Below are positions 1 through 9,542 of a stretch of 64,000 nucleotides of DNA, piece after piece; position 1 is the first letter of the stretch, and every line of letters begins with the position of its first letter. The notes under the pieces were generated by a model. The model did not search any database, was not told the DNA's origin, and saw only the letters and a list, made by a program, of their open reading frames with translations. Position numbers and translations under genes: made by a program. The DNA is from Rhodobacteraceae bacterium UBA7436 (lineage in GTDB: Bacteria; Pseudomonadota; Alphaproteobacteria; Rhodobacterales; Rhodobacteraceae): assembly GCA_002478745.1 (NCBI GenBank), contig DLQI01000065.1:10574-74573 (forward strand), written 5' to 3'.

Positions 1-81
1 CGCTGTAAACGCCAAGAAATCGAAAAGTTTGAGCAGATGCCCGCCTCAACACATTGGCGTGCCTTACTGGAACGTGTCTAA
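1..81 (+). CDS. 3' end of upstream gene, probably glutamine synthetase family protein (partial)
   Basis: Frame 1 open from window edge: RCKRQEIEKFEQMPASTHWRALLERV-TAA(79-81); KRQE..W..LE.V ending resembles GS-like C-termini; operon context. Confidence 0.55.
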   Translation, partial: RCKRQEIEKFEQMPASTHWRALLERV

Positions 82-137
82 GGGCGCTTGCCGCGCCCTA
101 ATCCCTTGCAGTAGGGTGAAAAAAACTAAGGTGCTTT

Positions 138-821
138 ATGAAAATCGGACTACTCCAAGCGGGCCATTTTGTTCCAGAGCTGCAATCAGAACTTGGTGAT
201 TATAATGCGTTGTACAGCCGCCTGTTAGCGGGACACGGGCATGATTTTGATCTGGAAACCTTCAGCGTTGTTGATATGGAATTTCCTCATAATTTAGACG
301 GTGTTGATGGCTGGTTAATCAGTGGCTCTAAGCACGGCGCTTATGAGGATCATGCGTTTATCCCCCCTCTTGAAGAATTGATCCGCGCGATACATGCATC
401 GGGCAAGCCATTGATTGGTATATGCTTTGGTCATCAAATCATTGCCCAAGCTTTGGGCGGTACCGTCGCAAAATTTGATCAAGGTTGGTCAGTCGGCCGC
501 GTCGAATACGACATGCAAGGTCAAACATTTGCGTTAAACGCATGGCATCAAGACCAAGTTGTACAGCCTCCAAAAGGCGCTGAAACAGTAGGTTCCTCCT
601 CGTTTTGCGCACACGCTGCTTTGGCTTACGGTGATCAAATCTGGACCATGCAGCCGCATCCAGAATTCGAAAGCCCCGCGATCGATGGGCTGATCCAATA
701 CAAGAGCGGGGCAGTCGAAGTTGATCGCGTCGAACATGCCAAACGCCAATTATCTGCCGCCAACAACAATGCCGAAATCGGCAAAAAAATGGCTGACTTT
801 TTTATGAAAGAGAGGGCCTGA
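138..821 (+). CDS. class I glutamine amidotransferase (gamma-glutamyl hydrolase-like)
   Basis: GICFGHQ nucleophile elbow and QPHPEF His-Glu motif; overlaps next gene start (TGATG). Confidence 0.9.
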   Translation: MKIGLLQAGHFVPELQSELGDYNALYSRLLAGHGHDFDLETFSVVDMEFPHNLDGVDGWLISGSKHGAYEDHAFIPPLEELIRAIHASGKPLIGICFGHQIIAQALGGTVAKFDQGWSVGRVEYDMQGQTFALNAWHQDQVVQPPKGAETVGSSSFCAHAALAYGDQIWTMQPHPEFESPAIDGLIQYKSGAVEVDRVEHAKRQLSAANNNAEIGKKMADFFMKERA

Positions 822-2182
822 TGGCCACGAACTGGAATGGTACCCTACCCGAAGCTGCGCAAGAGTACCTAAAAGATCGCCGTCTAGACGAGGTAGAGTG
901 TATTATTTCTGACCTACCTGGCATCGCGCGCGGCAAAGCGGTGCCTGCCAAGAAATTCATGCGCCAAGACTCGTTTCATTTGCCAGACAGTATTTTTTAT
1001 CAAACCATTACGGGTGGATGGGGCGAAGCCGCAGGCGATGAGGGTTTCATCGAAAAGGACATGATTTTGCGCCCCGACATGTCCACTGCAACTGCCGCAC
1101 CGTGGACCGGTGATTGGACGCTTCAAGTGATCCATGACGCTTTTGATCGCAACGGCGAACCCGTTCCATTCTCGCCGCGCAACGTCTTGAAACGCGTTGT
1201 GAAAATGTACCGCGACAAAGGCTGGGAACCTGTCGTGGCCCCTGAAATGGAATTCTTCCTTGTGGCCCGCAATATAGATCCGGCCCAAGAAATTCGTCCG
1301 ATGATGGGCCGTTCCGGTCGCCCCGCAGCCGCACGTCAGGCATATTCGATGACTGCAGTTGATGAGTTTGGCCCTGTCATCGACGACATTTATGACTTTG
1401 CAGAAGCGCAAGGTTTTGAGATTGATGGCATCACGCAAGAAGGCGGCGCGGGTCAACTTGAGATCAATCTGTTGCACGGTGATCCCGTGAAACTGGCCGA
1501 CGAGGTATTTTACTTTAAACGCTTGATCCGTGAGGCGGCATTGCGTCACGATTGTTATGCAACATTCATGGCGAAACCGATTGCGGATGAACCTGGGTCT
1601 GCAATGCACATTCACCACTCGATCTTGGATATTGAGACTGGTCAAAACATCTTTTCCGGCCCTCAGGGTGGCGAGACAGATGCGTTTTTCCACTTTATCG
1701 CTGGTCTGCAAAACCACATGCCGTCTGCATTGGCGGTGATGGCCCCTTATGTGAACAGTTATCGCCGATATGTGAAAGACCACGCGGCGCCCATCAATTT
1801 GGAATGGGCGCGTGACAACCGCACGACAGGTATTCGTATCCCACTCTCATCTCCTGATGCCCGCCGCGTTGAGAACCGTTTGGCAGGCATGGATTGCAAC
1901 CCGTACCTATGCATCGCGGCATCTCTGGCGTGCGGTTATTTGGGTTTGCTAGAAGAAAAACGTCCCGACAAACAATTCAAAGGCGATGCATATGATGGGG
2001 CAGAAGACATCCCGCGCGTGCTTGGAGAGGCATTGGATCTGTTCGAGGAAGCCACGGCCTTGCATGAAGTCTTGGGTGCGGATTTTGCCCGTGTCTACTC
2101 GATTGTGAAGCGTGCGGAATACGATGAATTCTTGCAAGTTATTTCTCCATGGGAGCGCGAGCATCTGTTGCTCAACGTCTAG
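821..2182 (+). CDS. glutamine synthetase family protein (gamma-glutamyl-polyamine synthetase, PuuA-like)
   Basis: DLPGIARGK, PEMEFFL, E.GAGQLEIN, ATFMAKP, MHIHHS, RVENRLAG motifs; neighbours are GATase and PuuB-like oxidase. Confidence 0.9.
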   Translation: MATNWNGTLPEAAQEYLKDRRLDEVECIISDLPGIARGKAVPAKKFMRQDSFHLPDSIFYQTITGGWGEAAGDEGFIEKDMILRPDMSTATAAPWTGDWTLQVIHDAFDRNGEPVPFSPRNVLKRVVKMYRDKGWEPVVAPEMEFFLVARNIDPAQEIRPMMGRSGRPAAARQAYSMTAVDEFGPVIDDIYDFAEAQGFEIDGITQEGGAGQLEINLLHGDPVKLADEVFYFKRLIREAALRHDCYATFMAKPIADEPGSAMHIHHSILDIETGQNIFSGPQGGETDAFFHFIAGLQNHMPSALAVMAPYVNSYRRYVKDHAAPINLEWARDNRTTGIRIPLSSPDARRVENRLAGMDCNPYLCIAASLACGYLGLLEEKRPDKQFKGDAYDGAEDIPRVLGEALDLFEEATALHEVLGADFARVYSIVKRAEYDEFLQVISPWEREHLLLNV

Positions 2183-2191
2183 GCGGTTAAC

Positions 2192-3493
2192 ATGAACCTA
2201 CTTGATGCCAACGACATCCAAGGGGCATATCCCGAAAGCTGGTACGCTGCGACGACAGACACCTTGCCGCCTTGCTCTCCACATGAAGGTGAAACTCGCG
2301 CGGATGTCTGTGTCATAGGCGCAGGATTTACGGGGCTGTCCGCAGCCCTGCATTTGGCGCAGGCAGGACGTGACGTTGTGCTGATAGATGCGCAACGCAT
2401 TGGATTTGGAGCATCAGGCCGCAATGGGGGGCAATTGGGTAGTGGCCAGCGGGTTGAACAACCTTATCTGGAAAAGATGTTAGGCGATGATGACGCGCTT
2501 AAGCTTTGGGATCTTGGCCAAGACTCAAAGGCGCTGGTCAAAGGGTTGATCAAAGAGCACAATATCGACTGCTATTTGCGCCCTGGAATTGCATGGTCTG
2601 CATCAACGAAAAGCGATGTCGATGAGCTGCATCAATATGCAGAGCATATGGATCACAAATATGGCTATACAATTCAGCCACTCGACGCAGCTGCAATGCA
2701 TGAACTTTGCCCATCACCTGACTATGTGGGCGGCCTTATGGACCGTGACGCAGCCCATTTGCACCCCTTGCGCCTCGCGATTGGCCTGGCTAAGGCGGCC
2801 ATCGCTGCCGGTGTGCGCATCTATGAGGGCACGCGCGCCCAAACCATTGACTATGGCCCGCCCTGTACGGTTACCACGTCAAACGGTAAAATCACGTCGG
2901 ATTACATCATACTTGCTGCCAATGGCTATCTTGGCGGCCTTGCGCCCAAAGTCGCCGCTCGTGTTATGCCAATTAACAATTTCATTGCTGCAACTGAGCC
3001 GCTTGGCGATGATGCAAAACGAGTTCTGACCGAGGACGTCGCAATAGCTGACGGGCGATTTGTGGTAAATTACTTCCGCCTTAGCCACGATGGCCGCCTG
3101 CTGTTTGGTGGCGGCGAAAGTTATGGCTACAAATTCCCCAAGGACCTTGTCGCCAAAGTTAGCAAACCGATGACTGAGATATTTCCACATTTGCGTGATG
3201 TTCGCATCGACTACGCATGGGGTGGCACGCTTGCAATCACGATGAAACGTCTACCATACCTCACGCGATTGGCCCCCAATGCGTTAAGCGCATCGGGCTA
3301 TTCAGGGCACGGCGTTGGAACCGCGACACATGCGGGACAACTGATGGCGATGGCCGTTGAGGGTGAAACAGATGGCTTTGATACTATGTCACGCATTCCA
3401 ACCTATCCATTCCCGGGCGGTGCATCACTGCGCACACCTCTGCTGAGCCTTGCAATGACGTGGTATAGTATGCGCGATCGTTTAGGGTTTTAA
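2192..3493 (+). CDS. FAD-dependent oxidoreductase, gamma-glutamylputrescine oxidase (PuuB/OrdL)-like
   Basis: GAGFTGLSAA Rossmann motif, GASGRNGG, GYSGHGV. Confidence 0.88.
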   Translation: MNLLDANDIQGAYPESWYAATTDTLPPCSPHEGETRADVCVIGAGFTGLSAALHLAQAGRDVVLIDAQRIGFGASGRNGGQLGSGQRVEQPYLEKMLGDDDALKLWDLGQDSKALVKGLIKEHNIDCYLRPGIAWSASTKSDVDELHQYAEHMDHKYGYTIQPLDAAAMHELCPSPDYVGGLMDRDAAHLHPLRLAIGLAKAAIAAGVRIYEGTRAQTIDYGPPCTVTTSNGKITSDYIILAANGYLGGLAPKVAARVMPINNFIAATEPLGDDAKRVLTEDVAIADGRFVVNYFRLSHDGRLLFGGGESYGYKFPKDLVAKVSKPMTEIFPHLRDVRIDYAWGGTLAITMKRLPYLTRLAPNALSASGYSGHGVGTATHAGQLMAMAVEGETDGFDTMSRIPTYPFPGGASLRTPLLSLAMTWYSMRDRLGF

Positions 3494-3501
3494 GCAGAAC
3501 C

Positions 3502-4212
3502 TTAGCGTAAGACCAATGGTTGGCTCATCCACTCTCGTAACGCCGCTGTTGTCGCTGCGGGATCGTCGAGCGTCATAAAGTGGCCCGCATTCTCCAATAC
3601 AACTAGGTGTGCAAATGGTATCAGTTCGGCCATGAACGTATGTCGTTTAACCGGGCAAATTTGGTCGTGAGCACCACATAAAACAAGTGTAGGCACTTTG
3701 CATTTACGCAATGTTCCTTGTTGATCACGTCGCCGCTGCAGGGCGCGTGATTGGCGTACAAATGTTTCACCGCCAAGGGTCAACGCCATGTCGACGACCA
3801 GTTCGCAAACATCATTGCGTTGGGGGCCTGGTGCAAAGTGCTGCGTTTCCAATTTTTTGCGCATCACCTGTTCTAGACGGCCAGTGCGTACACCAACAAT
3901 TTGTGGTTCACGTTCTGCAGCTGCGGGTGGCGTTTCAGCGAGGGGATTGGTCCCCATCAATGCAATTCGCGTGATCCGGTCCGGGGCCCGACGCAGCAAC
4001 TCCATCGCAATAATGCCGCCCATGCTAAGGCCAGCAAGAGCAAAGCGCGCAGGAAGTTGATCGAGCAGATTGGATGCAATTTCTTCAACTCGCTCACCTT
4101 GGGTGATCGGTGCAACAGTGACACATGTGTCCGCTGACAATTCCGCAATTTGTGGGCCAAAGAGGCGTGCATCGCACATCATCCCCGGCAGGAAAACCAA
4201 TGGTTCAGCCAT
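3502..4212 (-). CDS. alpha/beta fold hydrolase
   Basis: GLSMGG nucleophile motif, G..D..C and AGH catalytic Asp/His. Confidence 0.88.
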   Translation of the reverse strand: MAEPLVFLPGMMCDARLFGPQIAELSADTCVTVAPITQGERVEEIASNLLDQLPARFALAGLSMGGIIAMELLRRAPDRITRIALMGTNPLAETPPAAAEREPQIVGVRTGRLEQVMRKKLETQHFAPGPQRNDVCELVVDMALTLGGETFVRQSRALQRRRDQQGTLRKCKVPTLVLCGAHDQICPVKRHTFMAELIPFAHLVVLENAGHFMTLDDPAATTAALREWMSQPLVLR

Positions 4213-4331
4213 ATTTGCTTACCCCATGATCAATTCGAAATTGCTTCACTTCTCACGCCCGCTCAAAACTTTTCAATATTGAGGCACAATGGCCTGCCAA
4301 CCCAAAATGAGCAAGCAGGCGTTGGCATATT

Positions 4332-5360
4332 TCAGCCTTTCAATCGCTCCCAAAAGTAATTGAGATGACGGCTTACGATTTCATTGTAGCGGTCAGATTG
4401 CTTCAATGCTGCAAGGCCCGAATTAAAACGGTAGAGATGAGTAGTTCCCCGCCAGTGACGTTTTGAAATCACGACATGAAGGCCTTGAATAGAAACCGGT
4501 TTAGGCAAAGCAGACACTTGATCATTAAGCCCACGATTATAGGTGATTTCAGTGCCGAGGAATTCGTTCACGGATACCGCGTCAACCTTTCCCTCCAACA
4601 GCAAATCGAAACAAGCTTCTGCTGTGGGAGCGACAGTCAATGTGATCAACTCGTCAGCCAACCAATTCCGTCCATCTTGATCTAGATCGTAGGTCAAAAA
4701 TCCTTTGGGACGGCAAATATTTTTACCAAACACATCGCTGTCCGTCTCAAACCGCATTGGGTTATCGGTGTTCACGAAAAACAGCATCACCAAGTCCAAC
4801 AAAGGGTCGGAGAAATGGAAGTTCGCGCAACGGTATTGGGTGGGATTGGCTTCGCAATTGGGGCGATACCACGGGAACCCCATATCAACGACTTTTTCTT
4901 CCAGCATAGGATTAAGATGCTGAGACCAGTCATCTTCCCAAACAATTGCAAAGCTCACCGGTTCAGGCGTCTCTTCAAAAGCTGCGTTGACCAGTTCGGT
5001 CACCATACCGTTGCCAGGCCATCCGCGGTCGGTGAAGGGTGCGTAATTAGAGCCCGTCACTAGCGTAAGCTCTGCATCCACTTGTTGCAGCGGCGTTGGG
5101 TCTGCTTCGACAACGACACTGCCCGCAGGACATGGGATTACCAGTTCTTTGCCGACGGCAACATCCAACAGACTGCCACCCTGAAGTTCAGGGTTGTTGT
5201 AAAAGATCAACGACCATTTCGTTAGGTCACCTAATTGGGTTTCAGCAATCGTAAACAGCGTGTCCCCGTCTTTGACAATATAGTTTGGCTGACAGGCCCA
5301 CGCACCACCAGCCAATCCAAACTGAAGCACTGCTGCAGTTAAGAGAGGATAAGTTTTCAT
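4332..5360 (-). CDS. LysM domain + family 3 extracellular solute-binding protein
   Basis: Signal peptide; LysM YIVKDGDTLFTIA..WSLIFYNN; SBP_bac_3-like NYAPFT..GMVTELV, VDMGFPW, GKVDAV. Confidence 0.85.
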   Translation of the reverse strand: MKTYPLLTAAVLQFGLAGGAWACQPNYIVKDGDTLFTIAETQLGDLTKWSLIFYNNPELQGGSLLDVAVGKELVIPCPAGSVVVEADPTPLQQVDAELTLVTGSNYAPFTDRGWPGNGMVTELVNAAFEETPEPVSFAIVWEDDWSQHLNPMLEEKVVDMGFPWYRPNCEANPTQYRCANFHFSDPLLDLVMLFFVNTDNPMRFETDSDVFGKNICRPKGFLTYDLDQDGRNWLADELITLTVAPTAEACFDLLLEGKVDAVSVNEFLGTEITYNRGLNDQVSALPKPVSIQGLHVVISKRHWRGTTHLYRFNSGLAALKQSDRYNEIVSRHLNYFWERLKG

Positions 5361-6442
5361 TAGAAATCTGCCCAGATGTTCGTCATGTGACGATCAACAA
5401 TGGCCTGATAATCACCTGCATCTTTGATCTCTTGCAGGCCATTGTTAAAGATTTCGATTACGGCTTCTGCATTTGGGTGATCTTTGCTGACCAACATATG
5501 CAAGCCGGTGATCGCGATTGGACGCCCTTGATTGATCTCAACAGTATCCTTGATGTTCATCGTGTTCATCATGGAACGACCTGTGAATTCATTCAGCGTT
5601 ACAACATCAACTTCTCCATCAACCAACATTTGGAAACATTCACGCACAGACTGTGGGCGCTTCAGCGTGATTTTGTTGTCAGTCACCCATAGGCGATCGG
5701 GACGATCCAGATCAAAGATGTAATACCCCGCTAGACGACAAAGCGTACGACCAATCATATCGTCATCTTGGGCAAATGGGATCGGATTGTTCTTATTCAC
5801 GAACAATGGAACCAAGAATTCAAAAAGGGATTCCGAATGTAAGTAATCAGAGCAGCGGAAATAATCTGGACGTTTTGAACAATCAGGCAAACTCCAAGGG
5901 AAGCCCATATCCATCATTGCGTTGCTGAGCAGCGGATCAAGATGAGAGGCCCAATCATTGACCCAGTGCAGTTTATAGTTTTCCGCAGCAGTAGAAGCCT
6001 TCATCGAACGTACAACAATTTCGGTCACAAGACCGTCATTATCCAAACCGGGATGTACGAAAGGGGCAAAGTCGCTGCCCGTTACAAGATTCAAAGTTTG
6101 CTCTAACTTACGTCCGCTTGGCGCTGCACGCGGTGCGGGTGCTGCTGCCGCTTCGACTGCAACCTCAACTGGTGCGCCACCTTCAAGCCCAACGGGAAAA
6201 CCGTCAATACAGCTCAGGCGCAATTTCATGCCAGCACGCAGTGCGTTTGGATTTTCACCAATTAGACTGAGGTTTGCCGAATGGATCGCTGTCCATTTAC
6301 CTACGTCTTTGTATTGTCGATCTGCGATCAACGACAGGCTCTCACCGCGTTTAACCACGTAATTACCGCCACAAGATTGTGCGAAAGCAGGCATAGCGCA
6401 CACAGATAGTGTCAGCGTTACCGCTGTTAAGAATCGTTTCAT
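5360..6442 (-). CDS. LysM domain + family 3 extracellular solute-binding protein (paralog)
   Basis: Signal peptide; LysM YVVKRGESLSLIA..WTAIHSAN; DFAPFV..GLVTEIV, MDMGFPW, GEVDVV; TAATG coupling to 4332..5360. Confidence 0.85.
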   Translation of the reverse strand: MKRFLTAVTLTLSVCAMPAFAQSCGGNYVVKRGESLSLIADRQYKDVGKWTAIHSANLSLIGENPNALRAGMKLRLSCIDGFPVGLEGGAPVEVAVEAAAAPAPRAAPSGRKLEQTLNLVTGSDFAPFVHPGLDNDGLVTEIVVRSMKASTAAENYKLHWVNDWASHLDPLLSNAMMDMGFPWSLPDCSKRPDYFRCSDYLHSESLFEFLVPLFVNKNNPIPFAQDDDMIGRTLCRLAGYYIFDLDRPDRLWVTDNKITLKRPQSVRECFQMLVDGEVDVVTLNEFTGRSMMNTMNIKDTVEINQGRPIAITGLHMLVSKDHPNAEAVIEIFNNGLQEIKDAGDYQAIVDRHMTNIWADF

Positions 6443-6550
6443 TGATCACCCCCCAGATGAATATATCGGGATAATCCTAGTTTAAGCCCTTCCCGTCAAA
6501 GTAGAGGCTACATTTTGTGCCAATACCTATAGGTTGCGGTGTAATTCGGT

Positions 6551-7183
6551 TCACGGATAGGCTATTCCCCGAAAGACCGGAAAATCTTCGTATTTCTGAC
6601 GGCGTTGAATCAATGTTTCACTGGGCTCTTCCCCTGAGCGCAGTAACATGCCGCGCGGCGCGATATAGCTTGAGATTGTGCGCTGCGGCTTGGGTCGCCA
6701 GACCAAATTGAACGCCGCTAGCTTGGGGAAGAACCACATTTCGGAATACGGCATGTGGTCATGAACCCACCATGACAAATCTTGCCAATCACGCCCCTGG
6801 TCATATTGATCCGCAAACCACGGCACGACGACCGTGGCCCCTGCCACAGCTTGATCACCGGCATTCAAATCCCAGATGTGGCATTCAATCGGGTTATCAT
6901 TGCGCGCACAATTTAGGTTATGCTTGTTTCCATAGGCATTCAGTTCGGGTGACCGATAGCCGGAGCGAACCGCAATTCGCCCAAATGTTTCCTCCAACGG
7001 ATCTAAAAGTTGGGTGCAAAATTGTCTGCCGTTTTCCAAAACAAGGTCTGGCTGCATCGGTACATTCTGCACACCATGAAAGCCGTTAATCTCTGAATAC
7101 ATAAAGTCGCGCATGTAAAAGTGTTTAGAGAGACGCTGCCGACCAAAGGTTTCCAAGCTCCACATACTGCGCGGCTGGCGCAT
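6551..7183 (-). CDS. peptidase M15-like conserved hypothetical protein
   Basis: LSKHF..RDF and RSGYRSPELN motifs of the M15A fold; ATG at 7183 overlaps VOC stop (TAATG). Confidence 0.65.
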   Translation of the reverse strand: MRQPRSMWSLETFGRQRLSKHFYMRDFMYSEINGFHGVQNVPMQPDLVLENGRQFCTQLLDPLEETFGRIAVRSGYRSPELNAYGNKHNLNCARNDNPIECHIWDLNAGDQAVAGATVVVPWFADQYDQGRDWQDLSWWVHDHMPYSEMWFFPKLAAFNLVWRPKPQRTISSYIAPRGMLLRSGEEPSETLIQRRQKYEDFPVFRGIAYP

Positions 7184-7614
7184 TAGGCGGCACCGTTCCA
7201 TTGAAATTCACCGTTAGGTCCCAGCGGGCTAAACGGATTATGTGCAATTTCCCAAATATGCCCCTCTGGGTCTGCAATGTACCCATGATGCCCACCCCAG
7301 AAAACGTCCTGAGCGCTTTTAAGGACTGCACCACCCGCAGCTTCGGCTTTCGTTATGATTGCAGCAACTTCAGCTTTCTCTGCAACATTGTATCCAAGCG
7401 TCATACGACCGGCACCCAATGTCTCTATTGGCAGCCCCAAGTCTTTGGCCAAAGCATCCAGCGGATACAGCCCTAAGGTTTGCCCAATGAGATCGAAAGC
7501 AATAACACCGTCAGGGCTATCAACACGTGCCCATCCCAACGCCTCGTAAAAGGCGGCCGACTGTGCCATGTTTTTTACGCCTAAAGTAATCAAGCTAACG
7601 CGTTGTTGCATCAT
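7183..7614 (-). CDS. VOC family protein (glyoxalase/bleomycin resistance)
   Basis: SLITLGV..FYEALGW; FWGG..GY.ADPEGH.WEIAHNP. Confidence 0.9.
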   Translation of the reverse strand: MMQQRVSLITLGVKNMAQSAAFYEALGWARVDSPDGVIAFDLIGQTLGLYPLDALAKDLGLPIETLGAGRMTLGYNVAEKAEVAAIITKAEAAGGAVLKSAQDVFWGGHHGYIADPEGHIWEIAHNPFSPLGPNGEFQWNGAA

Positions 7615-8594
7615 CGTAACTCCTCATACCACTCAAGGATCGCGGCAACGCTGCGCGCCGTTTGACCCGGGGAAATTATATCGCCTGCAATAACGTGCTT
7701 GGATGGATCATCCCCTGCACCCAATTCTGGCCTCACGGTCGTTACATCGCCTCCCCACTGAGCAGCGATACGTTGTGTGACGTCCGAACGTACAACTTTG
7801 TCCCCTTTAGCATAGTGGAACAACGCTGGGATTTTTACATCAGAATAATCCAAAGCAATTGCAGCTTTGACTGACGCCGCCATCGGGAATACCGCCTTGC
7901 TTGGATAAGTTGTGGTCCAGTGAAGCGCTTGAGCGTCGTTGAGTGGCTCAAAGGAGCGTGCTTTCCCAACCAGTAAGGGCAACCAATACCGCGCTGCAGG
8001 CAGATTTAGCATTGGAGCGGCGGGGTTATTAACACCAAAATTGGGCGAGACGAAAACAACGCCCATAACGTCTTTTTGCAATTCAGGCCTATGCAATGCC
8101 AAGGCCGTTAGTGTCCCACCTGTTGAAGTTGACAGGATCAAAACCTTATCCCCGATGTGGCGCGCGACAGTTAATGCCTCAACAACGTCAGCCATCCACC
8201 CCGTAACGGTGCCGTCTGCCATGGCGGCACTGTCGCGTCCGTGTCCCTGAAAGCGGGTATAAACAAGGTTGGCACCAAGTGCCGAGGCAACATCGTCGGG
8301 CACCGGACGGATTTCTTGAGAGCTTGCAGAAAAACCATGTAGATAAACCACTGATAGTGGCGTCTTAGCTTCCTCATCACCTGCCCAAATCACGCGCTTT
8401 TCACTGTTTTCGCGTATATTTAGGATCGGAATTTCTTGGCTTTTGAAATATGCATCTACGCCATCGTCAAACAGGCTGTCATCAAAAGTGGTTTCAAACG
8501 TGGTATCTTCGTAGGGTCCCCAAAACCACATTGTGATCCCCACCACGATCAGGGCAAGCAAGATGCGCCCGATGAACTTACCAAGCGTCCTCAT
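7611..8594 (-). CDS. alpha/beta hydrolase with N-terminal membrane anchor (lysophospholipase-like)
   Basis: YLHGFSAS, STSTGG nucleophile elbow, N-terminal hydrophobic helix. Confidence 0.82.
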   Translation of the reverse strand: MRTLGKFIGRILLALIVVGITMWFWGPYEDTTFETTFDDSLFDDGVDAYFKSQEIPILNIRENSEKRVIWAGDEEAKTPLSVVYLHGFSASSQEIRPVPDDVASALGANLVYTRFQGHGRDSAAMADGTVTGWMADVVEALTVARHIGDKVLILSTSTGGTLTALALHRPELQKDVMGVVFVSPNFGVNNPAAPMLNLPAARYWLPLLVGKARSFEPLNDAQALHWTTTYPSKAVFPMAASVKAAIALDYSDVKIPALFHYAKGDKVVRSDVTQRIAAQWGGDVTTVRPELGAGDDPSKHVIAGDIISPGQTARSVAAILEWYEELR

Positions 8595-9343
8595 TCTGCG
8601 TCTCCCATAACTTCAAGCACTGCACGTTCGATCAACCCCAAGCATGGTCCATCTGAGAACCGGTGATCTGCGTCTTTGATCAACGTCAGGCGCATGTCTG
8701 GGCTGCTTGCGTGTTCTTGCAACCTTACCGCACAATCCGTGCTGACCGCGGTATCAGCGGTACCCTGAAGCATGCGCACAGGAAACGGTAAATCTAACGG
8801 ACTACGCAGAACCAACTGGTTGCGCCCATCCTCGATCAATCTTTTACTTATAATGTAAGGTTCCATATAATCAGAGGGTAGCTCGATCTGCCCATCTGCT
8901 TCGAGTGCAGCCTTCTGTGAATCGCTAAACGATGCCCAATACCCGTCTTCTGTAAAATCTGGTGCCGCTGCAATCGTCACCAGCCCGGCCATGCGTTCAG
9001 TGTGGTCACGCGCAAATAACAGTGATTGCCAGCCCCCCATACTGGAGCCCACCAAAACCACCTTGCTCTCCGTCAAAGCATCGATCGCAGCAAAGGTATC
9101 CTCAGCCCAATCACCTATGCATCCCGTTTCAAAGGTGCCGGAACTGATCCCATGGCCAGAGTAATCGAACCGCAAGAACGCTTGTCCTCGCGCACGGGCC
9201 CACGCCTCGAGATGGATCGCTTTCGTACCTTCCATGTCAGATTTCAAACCACCCAAGAAGACAAGCCACGGGCCAGCCCCTTCTGCACGGTGATATCCGA
9301 TGCGGCGGCCTTGCGGCGTGTTTAAGTACTGTGGTTCCGACAT
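8591..9343 (-). CDS. alpha/beta hydrolase (ABHD10-like)
   Basis: GGLKSDMEGTKA, RFDYSGHG, GSSMGG, DHRFS; start placed at MSEPQ (9343) after GGGGG RBS. Confidence 0.88.
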   Translation of the reverse strand: MSEPQYLNTPQGRRIGYHRAEGAGPWLVFLGGLKSDMEGTKAIHLEAWARARGQAFLRFDYSGHGISSGTFETGCIGDWAEDTFAAIDALTESKVVLVGSSMGGWQSLLFARDHTERMAGLVTIAAAPDFTEDGYWASFSDSQKAALEADGQIELPSDYMEPYIISKRLIEDGRNQLVLRSPLDLPFPVRMLQGTADTAVSTDCAVRLQEHASSPDMRLTLIKDADHRFSDGPCLGLIERAVLEVMGDAE

Positions 9344-9542
9344 GACTGCCCCCCTGAATTCCGGTGGATAATGCGACACGCAGACGGCCTGACGCAATCC
9401 GAAATGTGACCCGTAAACACGAAGTATTATCTGATAATCCCCTCGGCCTTGACCCCTCCCGATGCATTGGGCAAAAGGGCTGGGAACCATATAACCCGCA
9501 ACCGGGCGTTTCGTAGGCGCCAAACTGACGAGGAGTGCCCAG

